Source: an uncultured Verrucomicrobiae bacterium
Lineage (GTDB): Bacteria; Chlamydiota; Chlamydiia; Chlamydiales; Rhabdochlamydiaceae
Reading direction: 5' to 3'
Assembly (NCBI GenBank): GCA_963806855.1
Contig: CAWDYW010000003.1
Location: 192,001 to 256,000, forward strand
DNA length: 64,000 nucleotides
The translations under genes were made by a program, and so were the position numbers. The first letter of the stretch is position 1. Each line of letters starts with the position of its first letter. Shown piece after piece: positions 1-8,989 of the stretch. Under the pieces are notes generated by a model that had not been told where the DNA came from, did no database searches, and saw only the letters and a list, made by a program, of their open reading frames with translations.

Positions 1-1
1 A

Positions 2-376
2 CTATGGACTGGAACCTTTACTGGAGACCCCGATGAAAATGAAGAATACTTTCAAGCGATGACCCCTTTATTCCAACTCACATTCAAGCCTGGAATGCCC
101 ACACCGCCACTTACTTATAATGTGGATACCCTGAATTTTGGTTTTGGTCATTTTTTAAGAAAATTTGATTTTCGACCCGCCTTAAAAAAAGTCAAATGTA
201 AAACCCTGATTCTTTGGGGCGCTGATGATTGGATCTCTGATATAAACCAAGCAAGGATCATCCATCAAGGGATTAAAGGAAGTGCCCTAAAAATCTACTC
301 ACATTGCAGCCATCTGCTCTGGCTTGACCAATGGGAAAAATTCTTGCATGATGTGTCTGATTTCTTGAACTCTTAA
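2..376 (+). CDS. Alpha/beta hydrolase, C-terminal part (5' end outside window)
   Basis: The frame is open from base 2 (LWTGTFTGD...). 'TLILWGADDWIS' and 'CSHLLWLDQ' match the catalytic Asp and His segments of the alpha/beta hydrolase fold. Confidence 0.8.
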   Translation, partial: LWTGTFTGDPDENEEYFQAMTPLFQLTFKPGMPTPPLTYNVDTLNFGFGHFLRKFDFRPALKKVKCKTLILWGADDWISDINQARIIHQGIKGSALKIYSHCSHLLWLDQWEKFLHDVSDFLNS

Positions 377-451
377 TCTCGAATTTGTCCAATTTTTTTT
401 CATTGAGGGTGTTAGGAGTTATTGTTATTTATTCATTATGCTCGCCTAAAT

Positions 452-1174
452 TTAGGGCAACTGCTGTTTTGTACCCGACACAGCGATCTCGCGCATGCAG
501 ATATGCTGTGGCAAAGAATAAATAGTATAAACCAGTTCGGCTACTTCTTCTGGTAATAGATAAGCCCCTTCATGTTCCTTTAAAAAAGCATCAATGGCTT
601 TTTCATCGTTTTTTAGGGAAGCATGTAAAGAGGTTGTATTCATCAGGCCTGGTTCTAATAGAATACAACGAACATTATATGGCGCTAAAAATTTCCTTTG
701 TTCTCTTGTATAAAGTACCACAGCTGCTTTCGTCGCATTATCTATTGTCATCGGAAATTTAGGATAACCATAAAGCGCAGACAAAGAACCCATATTAATA
801 ATTGTTCCAGAATTTCTTTCTTTCATACCTTCGCTAACAATTTTTGTTCCGTTCATAACGCCTTTAATATTCGTTAACAACATCGATTCCAGTATTTTTT
901 CATTAATATTTTCGTCGGTATGACCTGATCGGGAAGCATTATTAAATAAAAAATCCACCGGTCCAAATTTTTTTTCACCGAGGTTGATTGCATTTTTTAA
1001 GGCCTCATAGTCTGTGACATCAACATCAATAGAGAGCGAATTTTTTAATTGAACTCCTGAGGCTATCATTCGATTAGATAACAACAAAGTATTTAGCCCT
1101 TTTTCACTAAATAACTTTGCTGTTGCTAAGCCAACTCCTGAAGATGCCCCAGTAATAATAGCTAATTTTTTCAA
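452..1174 (-). CDS. Short-chain dehydrogenase/reductase (SDR)
   Basis: TGASSGVG Rossmann motif, NNA, 'IINMGSLSA'. The YxxxK site reads 'NATK', so the canonical catalytic Tyr appears replaced. Confidence 0.9.
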   Translation of the reverse strand: MKKLAIITGASSGVGLATAKLFSEKGLNTLLLSNRMIASGVQLKNSLSIDVDVTDYEALKNAINLGEKKFGPVDFLFNNASRSGHTDENINEKILESMLLTNIKGVMNGTKIVSEGMKERNSGTIINMGSLSALYGYPKFPMTIDNATKAAVVLYTREQRKFLAPYNVRCILLEPGLMNTTSLHASLKNDEKAIDAFLKEHEGAYLLPEEVAELVYTIYSLPQHICMREIAVSGTKQQLP

Positions 1175-1327
1175 AACAAATCCTCCTTATTCTGAAATTG
1201 ATTAAAAATTGAGGGTAGCACATATCCAAAATCAATTTCGGTATATATATACCCAAGAATTGCCGCTGATATCGAAAATGTCAACGGCATTAGGAGTTAT
1301 TGTCATTTATTGACCCTAGAATATATA

Positions 1328-1496
1328 ATCTCGACTTTGTACATTTTTTGCCAGCGTCTCCGGGGAGAGCGTCCGCGCTTTTATTATTTTTTTGCTCGTT
1401 AATAGAGACGTCGCAGCTATGAATTCGCAAAAAAATAATAAAATCATCGGACGCCTCCCTCGGAGCTACTCGTCAAAAAATGTACAAAGTCGAGAT
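1328..1496. repeat. ~170 bp palindromic (MITE/RPE-like) element
   Basis: Perfect 23-bp terminal inverted repeats (1328-1350 / 1474-1496) plus nested inner inverted repeats. Confidence 0.85.
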
Positions 1497-1513
1497 AATA
1501 ACTTGCCGATGTT

Positions 1514-2596
1514 ATGAAAAAAATTCTGTTTCTCTTTTTGGTAGCTGCTTCACTAGCGGTTAATCCCTCCCTTTCTCCCCATGAAAACAGCCACTTGGCG
1601 GCGGCCAAAGATCAACGCCATCAAATCGTACGAAGGGCAGCATTCGATATTGGTTCGGGGAAAATTAAAATCCAGGTATCCGATGTCGACCTCACAGTAA
1701 ATAAAATTGTAAATGTATTGTTTACCGATAGCGCCCGCGTGCCATTAAGAGAAGAGCTTGTTAAAAGCCTGGATGGAAGATTAAGCCTTGAAATCCAAGA
1801 TCGATTGGTCGATGCGATCTCAGAGTTAATGAAAAAAGCCGCTCCATTCCACCCAGAAGCTTATCACGCTATTGGAACGGAAGCCCTTCGTCTTGCAAGA
1901 AATAGCAGTGAGCTAATTGAGCGAATCAAGGAAGAGACCGGGGTAGCTGTGACGATCGTTTCACAAGAAGAAGAGGGGATTTTGGGGTTTATCAGTGCCA
2001 CTAACCAAATGGATGTGGAGCTAGAAAAAGCAATCAGTTGGGATTTTGGAGGAGGAAGTTTTCAAATCACAACTCAATGCGGTGACCACTATGTGATTTA
2101 TCAAGGAAGACTTGGAAAAACTCCATTAAAAAATGCCCTTTTAGAAATACAAGGGAAAGATGTAAATCAGAAAATTAGCCCTAACCCTATTTCAAAATCA
2201 GAAGCAAATCAGGCAATCCAATTCATTAAAGACAATATTCAGAACATTCCGGCAGAGATTCGTCAAAAGTTGGATCGCCCAGATGTTGTTGTGTTAGGGG
2301 TTGGGATTAATCCCTTATGGTGGATGCAGCAAAATGGGAGTTTTGACAAAGCTCGAGTTTTAAAAGAGCTCGATTCTCGATTGAATCTTGATGACGAGGC
2401 CATTAGAATCAAAGACTCCATTAGTCCAGAATGGAAGGAGGCATCAAACTTTGTTGTTTCAAACCTTATTCTGGCCTATGGAGTGATGGATGCCTTCGCA
2501 ATTCCTCAAGTTCAGTATGTGGGAACTCAAGGGGCCAATGCAGTAGGAGCATTGCTGTCGCCAAAATATTGGGTTAAATGTGAGGTGTTAGAATGA
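1514..2596 (+). CDS. Ppx/GppA-family phosphatase (ASKHA fold) with N-terminal signal peptide
   Basis: 'AAFDIGSG', 'GTEALRLARN', 'SQEEEG', 'WDFGGGSFQ' motifs; hydrophobic N-terminus; no C-terminal HD domain. Confidence 0.85.
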   Translation: MKKILFLFLVAASLAVNPSLSPHENSHLAAAKDQRHQIVRRAAFDIGSGKIKIQVSDVDLTVNKIVNVLFTDSARVPLREELVKSLDGRLSLEIQDRLVDAISELMKKAAPFHPEAYHAIGTEALRLARNSSELIERIKEETGVAVTIVSQEEEGILGFISATNQMDVELEKAISWDFGGGSFQITTQCGDHYVIYQGRLGKTPLKNALLEIQGKDVNQKISPNPISKSEANQAIQFIKDNIQNIPAEIRQKLDRPDVVVLGVGINPLWWMQQNGSFDKARVLKELDSRLNLDDEAIRIKDSISPEWKEASNFVVSNLILAYGVMDAFAIPQVQYVGTQGANAVGALLSPKYWVKCEVLE

Positions 2597-3213
2597 GTAG
2601 TGGTACAACAGTCCAACCATTGATTTACGTTTTTATCGGTTGTCCAGGCTCAGGGAAAGGGACCCTTTCCGAGGCTATGAAATCTGAAGGATATGAGCCC
2701 TTTTCTATAGGGGATTTCGCAAGAAAACAGATCAAAAAAGGGACCCCATTTGGACAGACATACGAAGAGGCCATTTTAAATCACACTATAGGAGGCATCC
2801 CTTTTGAGGTCATTCAAAAGATTGTGGATGAAAGGCTTGAAAAAAGTGTTTTGGAGCAAAAGGGGCTTATTCTCGATGGCTATCCAAAAACTAGAGGGCA
2901 ATGTGAGCTTTTAGATGCCTTTATTCAGAAGAATGGACTTGAAAAAAGAGTGAGTGTTGTCCAACTGGACGTTAATGAAGATGTTGCTATTGCTCGGATT
3001 CTTTATCGTCAGACGTGTGAGACATGTAGCAAGATCTATAATTCGAAATTTTCTCCTTCAAAAGTTCCAGATGAATGCGATAAGTGTCAGGGAAAATTAA
3101 TCAAACGTTTGGATTATGATGTCGAAGGGACAAAAAAAAGAGTTTATGAATTTAAGGGCAAAGTGCAAGAGGCCATTGACTATTATTCGAGCCGTGACGC
3201 CTTAACGTGCTAG
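2593..3213 (+). CDS. adk: Adenylate kinase-family nucleoside monophosphate kinase (C-terminus probably frameshifted)
   Basis: P-loop GCPGSGKGT, 'LDGYPKT', Zn-LID CxxC...CxxC; start overlaps the upstream stop. Confidence 0.8.
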   Translation: MSSGTTVQPLIYVFIGCPGSGKGTLSEAMKSEGYEPFSIGDFARKQIKKGTPFGQTYEEAILNHTIGGIPFEVIQKIVDERLEKSVLEQKGLILDGYPKTRGQCELLDAFIQKNGLEKRVSVVQLDVNEDVAIARILYRQTCETCSKIYNSKFSPSKVPDECDKCQGKLIKRLDYDVEGTKKRVYEFKGKVQEAIDYYSSRDALTC

Positions 3214-3283
3214 ATGCGAACGCCGATCCCGAGGTTTGCTTAGAAAAGTTTATGGAATTGCATCGATCGCAGATATCTAAAGT

Positions 3284-3787
3284 CTAACCCGCAGCTGCTT
3301 GGGTATAAATTAGCCTGAAGCAGGGATCCTCGTCTTGCAATAAATCCATTTTCAATCCGTCGGCAGGAGTAACCCAAGTAAATCCCTTGTGCTCATTGAA
3401 ATCAATTTTTACTGCACCTGGATCTCCATGCAATTGAATTCGAAACATATGATAGGTAAAATGGTCTTTGTCATTGTATTCTATATAGACAGTTCCTAAA
3501 TTTTCGATTGGTAGATTGGCGATATCGTAACCAGTTTCCTCATGAGTTTCTCGAATGATTGCCTGAAGAGGGGTTTCTCCTTTATTTACTTTCCCGCCTG
3601 GAATTCCCCATTTGTTGCCTTGAGATTTGTTGTCCTGTCGATGGAGAAGCAAAATCTGATTGTTATTTTCTATATAAACCGCTGAAATTTCAATGCGTGG
3701 TTTAAATTGAGGGGTTGGTTTTAAGTAAACTATTGCTGAAGCCTGTGTCGTTAACAATATCAAAAAAATAGCGAAAATCTTTTTCAT
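3284..3787 (-). CDS. NUDIX hydrolase with signal peptide
   Basis: Nudix box GGKVNKGETPLQAIIRETHEETG; N-terminus MKKIFAIFLILLTTQASA looks like a Sec signal. Confidence 0.9.
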   Translation of the reverse strand: MKKIFAIFLILLTTQASAIVYLKPTPQFKPRIEISAVYIENNNQILLLHRQDNKSQGNKWGIPGGKVNKGETPLQAIIRETHEETGYDIANLPIENLGTVYIEYNDKDHFTYHMFRIQLHGDPGAVKIDFNEHKGFTWVTPADGLKMDLLQDEDPCFRLIYTQAAAG

Positions 3788-3840
3788 AAAAAGCCCTTAA
3801 AATGAGGAAAGTCCAGTATAATGAAGTCGTGAAAAATTGG

Positions 3841-4737
3841 CTACTTTTTTACCGCTATCGGGGCTTTTTCGCGCCATAAAGAACAGATAAGCAACCCAGC
3901 AAAGATCAAAGATGAACCAATCATCATGGGCAATGATAAATTCTGCTTCCAGACTAAAAATCCCAGCATGCTAGAGATTGGGACGCTGAGATATAAGAAT
4001 GGAGCAAACTGGGAGGCAGGCATCCGTTGCGCAGCTTTTGAAAAACAGTATTGAGTTCCAATGCTCAATAAAGCTAAGCCGATTAGAAAAAGGATCATTG
4101 GGATATTCATGTGCGATTTTGCCGCTTCAAAACTTAGCGGATTTAATAATGATTCTGAGCAGATAAATAGAATGGATAGCATTGAACAGCTGAGGTATTG
4201 ATTAAAGATAATTTGATTAACCGATTCTTTTTGCTTAACTAAATGTCTAAGCAGAACCATTGCTGCAGCCATTAAGATCGCTGCAGATATTCCTACGATA
4301 AAATGAAAAATTGAAAAGGAGGCAAACCGGGGATTAATGATGAGCAGGACCCCAGGAAGAGCTATAGAGAGGCCTAGATATGTTTTGAGACTGATTTTCT
4401 CTTTGAGGGAGAAATAAGCAATGAGTGGAACAAAGAATGGGATCATGTTGAACAATGTTGTAGACACGCCTAGTGGAATATATTTAATCGAATAGAAAAA
4501 GCAGCTCACGGCGGAGATGTGAAAAAGTCCCCTGACAAAATGTACTAATAATGTCTTTGTCTTATATAAACCAAGGCCATTCTTAAAAATGAGAGGCAAA
4601 AAATAAAAAATGGGAAGGAGATAATAAGCTCCAATCTGGAGGCTAATGGGCACATCACTTGATATGCTTTTTACGATAGCCGAAATGCAAGCTTGCATAA
4701 AAGCGGCCGAGATCATGAATAAAATTCCTAGCCCCAC
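3841..4737 (-). CDS. DMT/EamA-family transporter
   Basis: About 10 hydrophobic helices in two repeats; 'PFFVPLIAYFSLKEK' EamA signature. Confidence 0.9.
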   Translation of the reverse strand: MGLGILFMISAAFMQACISAIVKSISSDVPISLQIGAYYLLPIFYFLPLIFKNGLGLYKTKTLLVHFVRGLFHISAVSCFFYSIKYIPLGVSTTLFNMIPFFVPLIAYFSLKEKISLKTYLGLSIALPGVLLIINPRFASFSIFHFIVGISAAILMAAAMVLLRHLVKQKESVNQIIFNQYLSCSMLSILFICSESLLNPLSFEAAKSHMNIPMILFLIGLALLSIGTQYCFSKAAQRMPASQFAPFLYLSVPISSMLGFLVWKQNLSLPMMIGSSLIFAGLLICSLWREKAPIAVKK

Positions 4738-4843
4738 AATGAGCCGCTCCTTTTTTAATCTCTATTGTACATCAGGTCGAATTTACAGAAAAAGTGTTGT
4801 TTTATCTCTGGGCGAGGCGGGGTATAAAGAAAACTAGATCTCG

Positions 4844-5815
4844 TTACAAATACATTTTAATCAAGTTCAAGGGGTTAAAACCACTTTTAACTAGAGCTTC
4901 TTCAGTAAAAAGTGGCGAGGGCAAATTATCCCAGTCAAACCAATCCCATCGTTCAAATTTATCGGGTTCTTTCAATTGTACTTGGCCGCTGGCGTATTCA
5001 GACACCATCCACAATGTCACGTAATGTTTTGCCGTTCCTTCAAATATATGATTCGTATATGTTGCTTTTTGAATGTTTTTGATTTGCAATCCGGTCTCTT
5101 CTTCCACTTCTCTTTTGGCACATTCTTCAGGTTCTTCGCCTTGCTCTAAATGCCCGCCAGGCGATGCCCATTGTCCTTGCCCATGCTCTGATTTTCGTTT
5201 TCCTAAGAGCACCTTCCCGTCCCGGATCACAAACACTCCGCAGCCAATTTTTGGATGCATACGTAATTTTGCATCTTTTTTGATCCGCTCATTCATCTCA
5301 CGAAGGAATGGGTCATGAGCACAGGCGCTATCAATCTTGAATACTTGATTTTTATCCTCTTGAGTCCAGGTGCGTTCATCAGCTTCATTATGCTGCAAAT
5401 TAGCTTCCAATTTATCCAGAGCAAATACAAAACGTGCTTCCGCTGTATTTCTCTCATTAAATTCGTGCCATAGCGCATGAATTTCCTCCCCAAGCGGACC
5501 TCCAATGAATTCTCTAATTTTTTTGATGGCGTTCAATTCTTTCTGAGATGTGTCGCAAGTTTCTTGCATAAATACAGGAGTATCGCCGGCTTCTATCTCC
5601 ACAAGATCGTGGATAATCACCATTTTTAATGATTTATAGAGGTCTATTTTTTCATTCAGATAGGGAGAAAAAAGTAATGCCATTAGGGAAGTGCGCCACA
5701 CATGTTCGGCCACACTTTCTTGCCTGCCTGAGGAGAGCCAACTGTGTCTCAATTCGCACTTCATTTTTTCTGTCTTATGTAAAAAAGACAAAATCTGATC
5801 CATTGAAGATTCCAT
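4844..5815 (-). CDS. HD-domain (YfbR/HDDC2-like) phosphohydrolase fused to a NUDIX (MutT/NUDT15-like) domain
   Basis: 'ESVAEH', 'HDLVE', 'GD', 'DKLE' HD motifs, then Nudix box GGHLEQGEEPEECAKREVEEETG. ATG at 5815 follows a purine-rich RBS; the track start is 5839. Confidence 0.9.
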   Translation of the reverse strand: MESSMDQILSFLHKTEKMKCELRHSWLSSGRQESVAEHVWRTSLMALLFSPYLNEKIDLYKSLKMVIIHDLVEIEAGDTPVFMQETCDTSQKELNAIKKIREFIGGPLGEEIHALWHEFNERNTAEARFVFALDKLEANLQHNEADERTWTQEDKNQVFKIDSACAHDPFLREMNERIKKDAKLRMHPKIGCGVFVIRDGKVLLGKRKSEHGQGQWASPGGHLEQGEEPEECAKREVEEETGLQIKNIQKATYTNHIFEGTAKHYVTLWMVSEYASGQVQLKEPDKFERWDWFDWDNLPSPLFTEEALVKSGFNPLNLIKMYL

Positions 5816-5953
5816 ATTAAGACCCCTTTCTAATGCCAATTTTTTTTGTAAAGTTCACTCATTAGCCATAGTCTACCTTTGACTTTTAAAATAAGTAAAA
5901 TTAATATATTTTATGTATGCTATAAGGCTTGCTAACGTTGCTGAAGAATCGAT

Positions 5954-6148
5954 TCAGCTCCTGTCTTCCTCTATTTCTTGTAGAAATAAAATCAGATCTT
6001 TCATAGGAATCGCAGTTTCATTAATGCAAGCGCCCTCAATTCTTTCTGAGAATCTTACAACTCCATCTGATTCATGAGCCCCGGCAAAATTAAGAACGGG
6101 ATAACGATTGCAATAGTCTACGATTTCTTCTTGAGAAATGTGACGGAA
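5954..6148 (-). pseudogene. maf: C-terminal remnant of a Maf-family nucleoside triphosphate pyrophosphatase, cut by the IS
   Basis: Manual translation FRHISQEEIVDYCNRYPVLNFAGAHESDG...ERIEGACINETAIPMKDLILFL resembles the Maf C-terminus. It begins exactly at the IS right end. Confidence 0.7.
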
Positions 6149-6163
6149 TTGAACCTCTCTCGA

Positions 6164-7351
6164 CTAAAGTCGAAAGATTCCTGCTTCAACGCTCCCTCCA
6201 ACGAGGGCAGCTCCACAGGCTTTTAAGACCGACATTCCGGCGGCCTTTAGAACTATCGCACTGTTGTAGTCACGGGCATTCTTTACTCCGCAATTTGGAC
6301 AATGATACTCCCGGATAGAGAGGGGCATCTTTTGCCGACTATCACATGCCGCACAAATTTGACTGCTTGGAAAATACCTGTCTACTGCTGCAAGGTGTTT
6401 TCCGTGCTCTTCAATTTTGTAATTAAGGCAGTGCAAAAAACTTCCCCAGCCTGCATCTGATATCGCTCGGGAAAGTCCTTTTGGGCTCTTCTCGAGTAGG
6501 CTGGAAATATCTAGGCTCTCAATGCAAAAGATGTCGTGGGTTTTGACCATCTTTGCTGAGAGTTGTTGTACAAAATCATTTCTGAGGTTCTTGATGCTGG
6601 CATGTAACTTGGAGACTTTAAGTCTGGCCTTGAGTCTATTTTTTCCTTTTGGGGTTTTCCTGGATAATTGTCTTGAGAGATATCGAAGATGGGATAGCTT
6701 TTTTCTCAAAAACTTTGGATTTTCAATCTCTTCTGCTCTGTTTTCCTTTCCAGCTGCCGTAGTAGCGAAATGTTCTATCCCTACATCGATCCCTATCGCC
6801 CGCTCTTCATCTATAGGCGCTTTCTTTGGAAGTACCTTTTCCCATTCACATGAGAATGAGATAACCCAATCGGTTCCCTCTTGCAGGATGGTTGTCTCTT
6901 TGATCTCACCTTGGATATCTCGCGATTTTCGAAATTTCACCCATCCGATTTTGGGTAAATAGACCTTGGAATTTTCAACTTTGACTCCTTGTGGGAATCG
7001 GAAGCTCTCATTCATCCCTTTCTTTTTAAATTTTGGATACCCCGGCTTCTTCCCTTTCTTTACTCTTACAAAAAAGTTCTGAAATGCTCTATCGAGATCC
7101 TTAAGCCCTTGTTGAAGCACCTGGCTATGGATTTCTTTCAACCAATAAGTCTCCTCTGTTTCTTTTAATCGGGTTAGTTCTTTGTTCTGCTCGAAATAAG
7201 AAGGGCCTTTTCCAGTAGCTTCGTAGGCTTTTTGTCGCTCATCTAGTCCTCGATTAAATACAAAACGACGAGCCCCGGCAAAGCGTAAGAACATTTCATA
7301 TTGCAACAAAGTAGGTTTTAGCTTGAATTTGAATGCTCTTTTTAAGATCAT
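6164..7351 (-). CDS. tnpB: TnpB RNA-guided endonuclease
   Basis: N-terminal HTH, RuvC-I 'GIDVG', RuvC-II 'IESL', Zn finger CAAC...CPNC, RuvC-III 'RDYNSA'. Confidence 0.95.
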   Translation of the reverse strand: MILKRAFKFKLKPTLLQYEMFLRFAGARRFVFNRGLDERQKAYEATGKGPSYFEQNKELTRLKETEETYWLKEIHSQVLQQGLKDLDRAFQNFFVRVKKGKKPGYPKFKKKGMNESFRFPQGVKVENSKVYLPKIGWVKFRKSRDIQGEIKETTILQEGTDWVISFSCEWEKVLPKKAPIDEERAIGIDVGIEHFATTAAGKENRAEEIENPKFLRKKLSHLRYLSRQLSRKTPKGKNRLKARLKVSKLHASIKNLRNDFVQQLSAKMVKTHDIFCIESLDISSLLEKSPKGLSRAISDAGWGSFLHCLNYKIEEHGKHLAAVDRYFPSSQICAACDSRQKMPLSIREYHCPNCGVKNARDYNSAIVLKAAGMSVLKACGAALVGGSVEAGIFRL

Positions 7352-7374
7352 GGTTTAAATTTTAAATTTGGCCT

Positions 7375-7791
7375 ATGTTAAAGTCAACAGATTTGAGAAG
7401 AGGTAGATCCTGTGTTTTTGCTCTGCATGTGCATTTGGTCTTTGTTACAAAATACAGAAGGTGTGTCTTCACTAAGTCCATTCTATCTGATCTGAGGAAG
7501 ACCTTTGAAAGTGTCTGCACTGATTTTGAAGCTGTTCTGATAGAATTTGATGGCGAAAAAGACCATGTTCATCTGTTGATCAACTATCCACCTAAAGTAT
7601 CGGTCTCAAAACTTGTAAACTCATTAAAAGGGGTATCTTCGAGGATGATCCGCAAGAAGAACTACCCATCTATTACAAAATATCTATGGGGAAATGCCCT
7701 ATGGTCGCCAAGTTATTTTGCAGGCTCTTGCGGTGGAGCCCCAATATCGATCATTAGACAGTATATTGAACAACAGAATACCCCAGACTAA
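7375..7791 (+). CDS. tnpA: Y1 HUH transposase TnpA
   Basis: 'HLVFVTKYRR', HUH motif 'DHVH', 'WSPSYF', catalytic Tyr in 'YIEQQ'. Confidence 0.95.
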   Translation: MLKSTDLRRGRSCVFALHVHLVFVTKYRRCVFTKSILSDLRKTFESVCTDFEAVLIEFDGEKDHVHLLINYPPKVSVSKLVNSLKGVSSRMIRKKNYPSITKYLWGNALWSPSYFAGSCGGAPISIIRQYIEQQNTPD

Positions 7792-7891
7792 ACGGCGCCT
7801 TACATCACGGCCCTAAAGGGCCTTGTAGGATAAATGATTAACACAAATTTTAACAGTTATATCGCAAATCGGCTTGGGAGCACTCCAATTT

Positions 7892-8980
7892 TCAAGTATG
7901 GTTTTTAGCTGCGCTAGTGGAACCAGTATCGATGCAGGCAGACGCTGGATCAGTGATAACATATGCAGTTTGTTGCCCTTCATATTGGGAGTCCTGGGTA
8001 ACACGTTGAGGTATTCTCATCGTGACAGCCGTCGGATTACTAGGGTCAAAACAAAGCTGCATAAACTTCCTTTTGCCAAGGGGGTCCAGTAAAATACAAG
8101 CAGGGGTTTTCCCAAGGTCAAAGTCGGCGGGCCTTTTGTGAATAAAAGAGCAAGGATCCCCTTCCCAAGGCCAAAGTGGTTGCATGACGACATGAACCAT
8201 GCTGGTATCGTTTTCCAACTGATTATAAAACTCACCTAATTTCACCTGTGGCATTAAATCAAACTTGCCCGCCATAAGATTATTTAGATCAGGAAAACAA
8301 GCTCTCGTCACATAATCAGTTGTATTTATCCCTGTGAAAAAGCAAGCAGAAGTGCTCTTTGGATCTGTTATTACAAGTGTAGATGGACCGTAAGAATGTC
8401 TAGTTATGGCATAGATCTCATTGGGATATCTATCGTCCACAAGAGCCATGCACTCTGCAGTTTTTCTTCCTGCTTTAAAACAATCTAAAGGGGGCTGGAG
8501 GACTTGATTTAATCCTATGCATTGTTTCACATGAGTATTCACTTCAAGAACCATTGCAGAAACTTGATGGATTATTAATGCGAAGAGAGCAATTTTGATT
8601 CCTGTCTTCCATATTCCATTGGCCTCAATCGAGTGAGCTGTTTTTAGCAATTTGTTACTATAGCTGACCGTATGCGCGACCATCCAAGCAAGTGTCACTA
8701 ATCTGTTATCCAAAGATAAAACCACGGCGAATTCTACCAAAGTCAAGGCCTCGGGAGAGAGGGTGATCACTTTTTGTCCGTCTTGCTTTGCAATCCTAAA
8801 TAAACCGCTTTGAATCACCATCGCCGTCTTTTGGAACTTCTCTTGAACCGCGGAAGGGATAAATGGCCTAAAAAACCCAGTGACGTAACTCATTGAATTA
8901 TTCACATAGCTATACCCCGACTGCAAAGATGGGGAGCTATACCCCCCGCTGTCAAAAATTGCAAAGTAAGAACCATGCAT
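7892..8980 (-). CDS. Hypothetical protein: Ser-rich N-terminus, hydrophobic segments, Cys-rich C-terminal half
   Basis: 362-aa ORF; no recognised family. Confidence 0.6.
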   Translation of the reverse strand: MHGSYFAIFDSGGYSSPSLQSGYSYVNNSMSYVTGFFRPFIPSAVQEKFQKTAMVIQSGLFRIAKQDGQKVITLSPEALTLVEFAVVLSLDNRLVTLAWMVAHTVSYSNKLLKTAHSIEANGIWKTGIKIALFALIIHQVSAMVLEVNTHVKQCIGLNQVLQPPLDCFKAGRKTAECMALVDDRYPNEIYAITRHSYGPSTLVITDPKSTSACFFTGINTTDYVTRACFPDLNNLMAGKFDLMPQVKLGEFYNQLENDTSMVHVVMQPLWPWEGDPCSFIHKRPADFDLGKTPACILLDPLGKRKFMQLCFDPSNPTAVTMRIPQRVTQDSQYEGQQTAYVITDPASACIDTGSTSAAKNHT

Positions 8981-8989
8981 TTTGGCAAC

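Larger units (their letters stand above)
6149..7830 (-). mobile_element. IS200/IS605-family element with divergent tnpA and tnpB
   Basis: Divergent tnpA/tnpB. Right-end hairpin TCGACT-AA-AGTCGA near 6160-6173, ending in TCAA on the minus strand at 6149. Left-end hairpin GGCCCT-AA-AGGGCC at 7809-7822. The left boundary is approximate. Confidence 0.9.

Noticed and set aside
6164..7351. TnpB as a Cas12/type V CRISPR effector
   Set aside because: No repeat-spacer array or cas genes; it has tnpA and IS200/IS605 hairpin ends.
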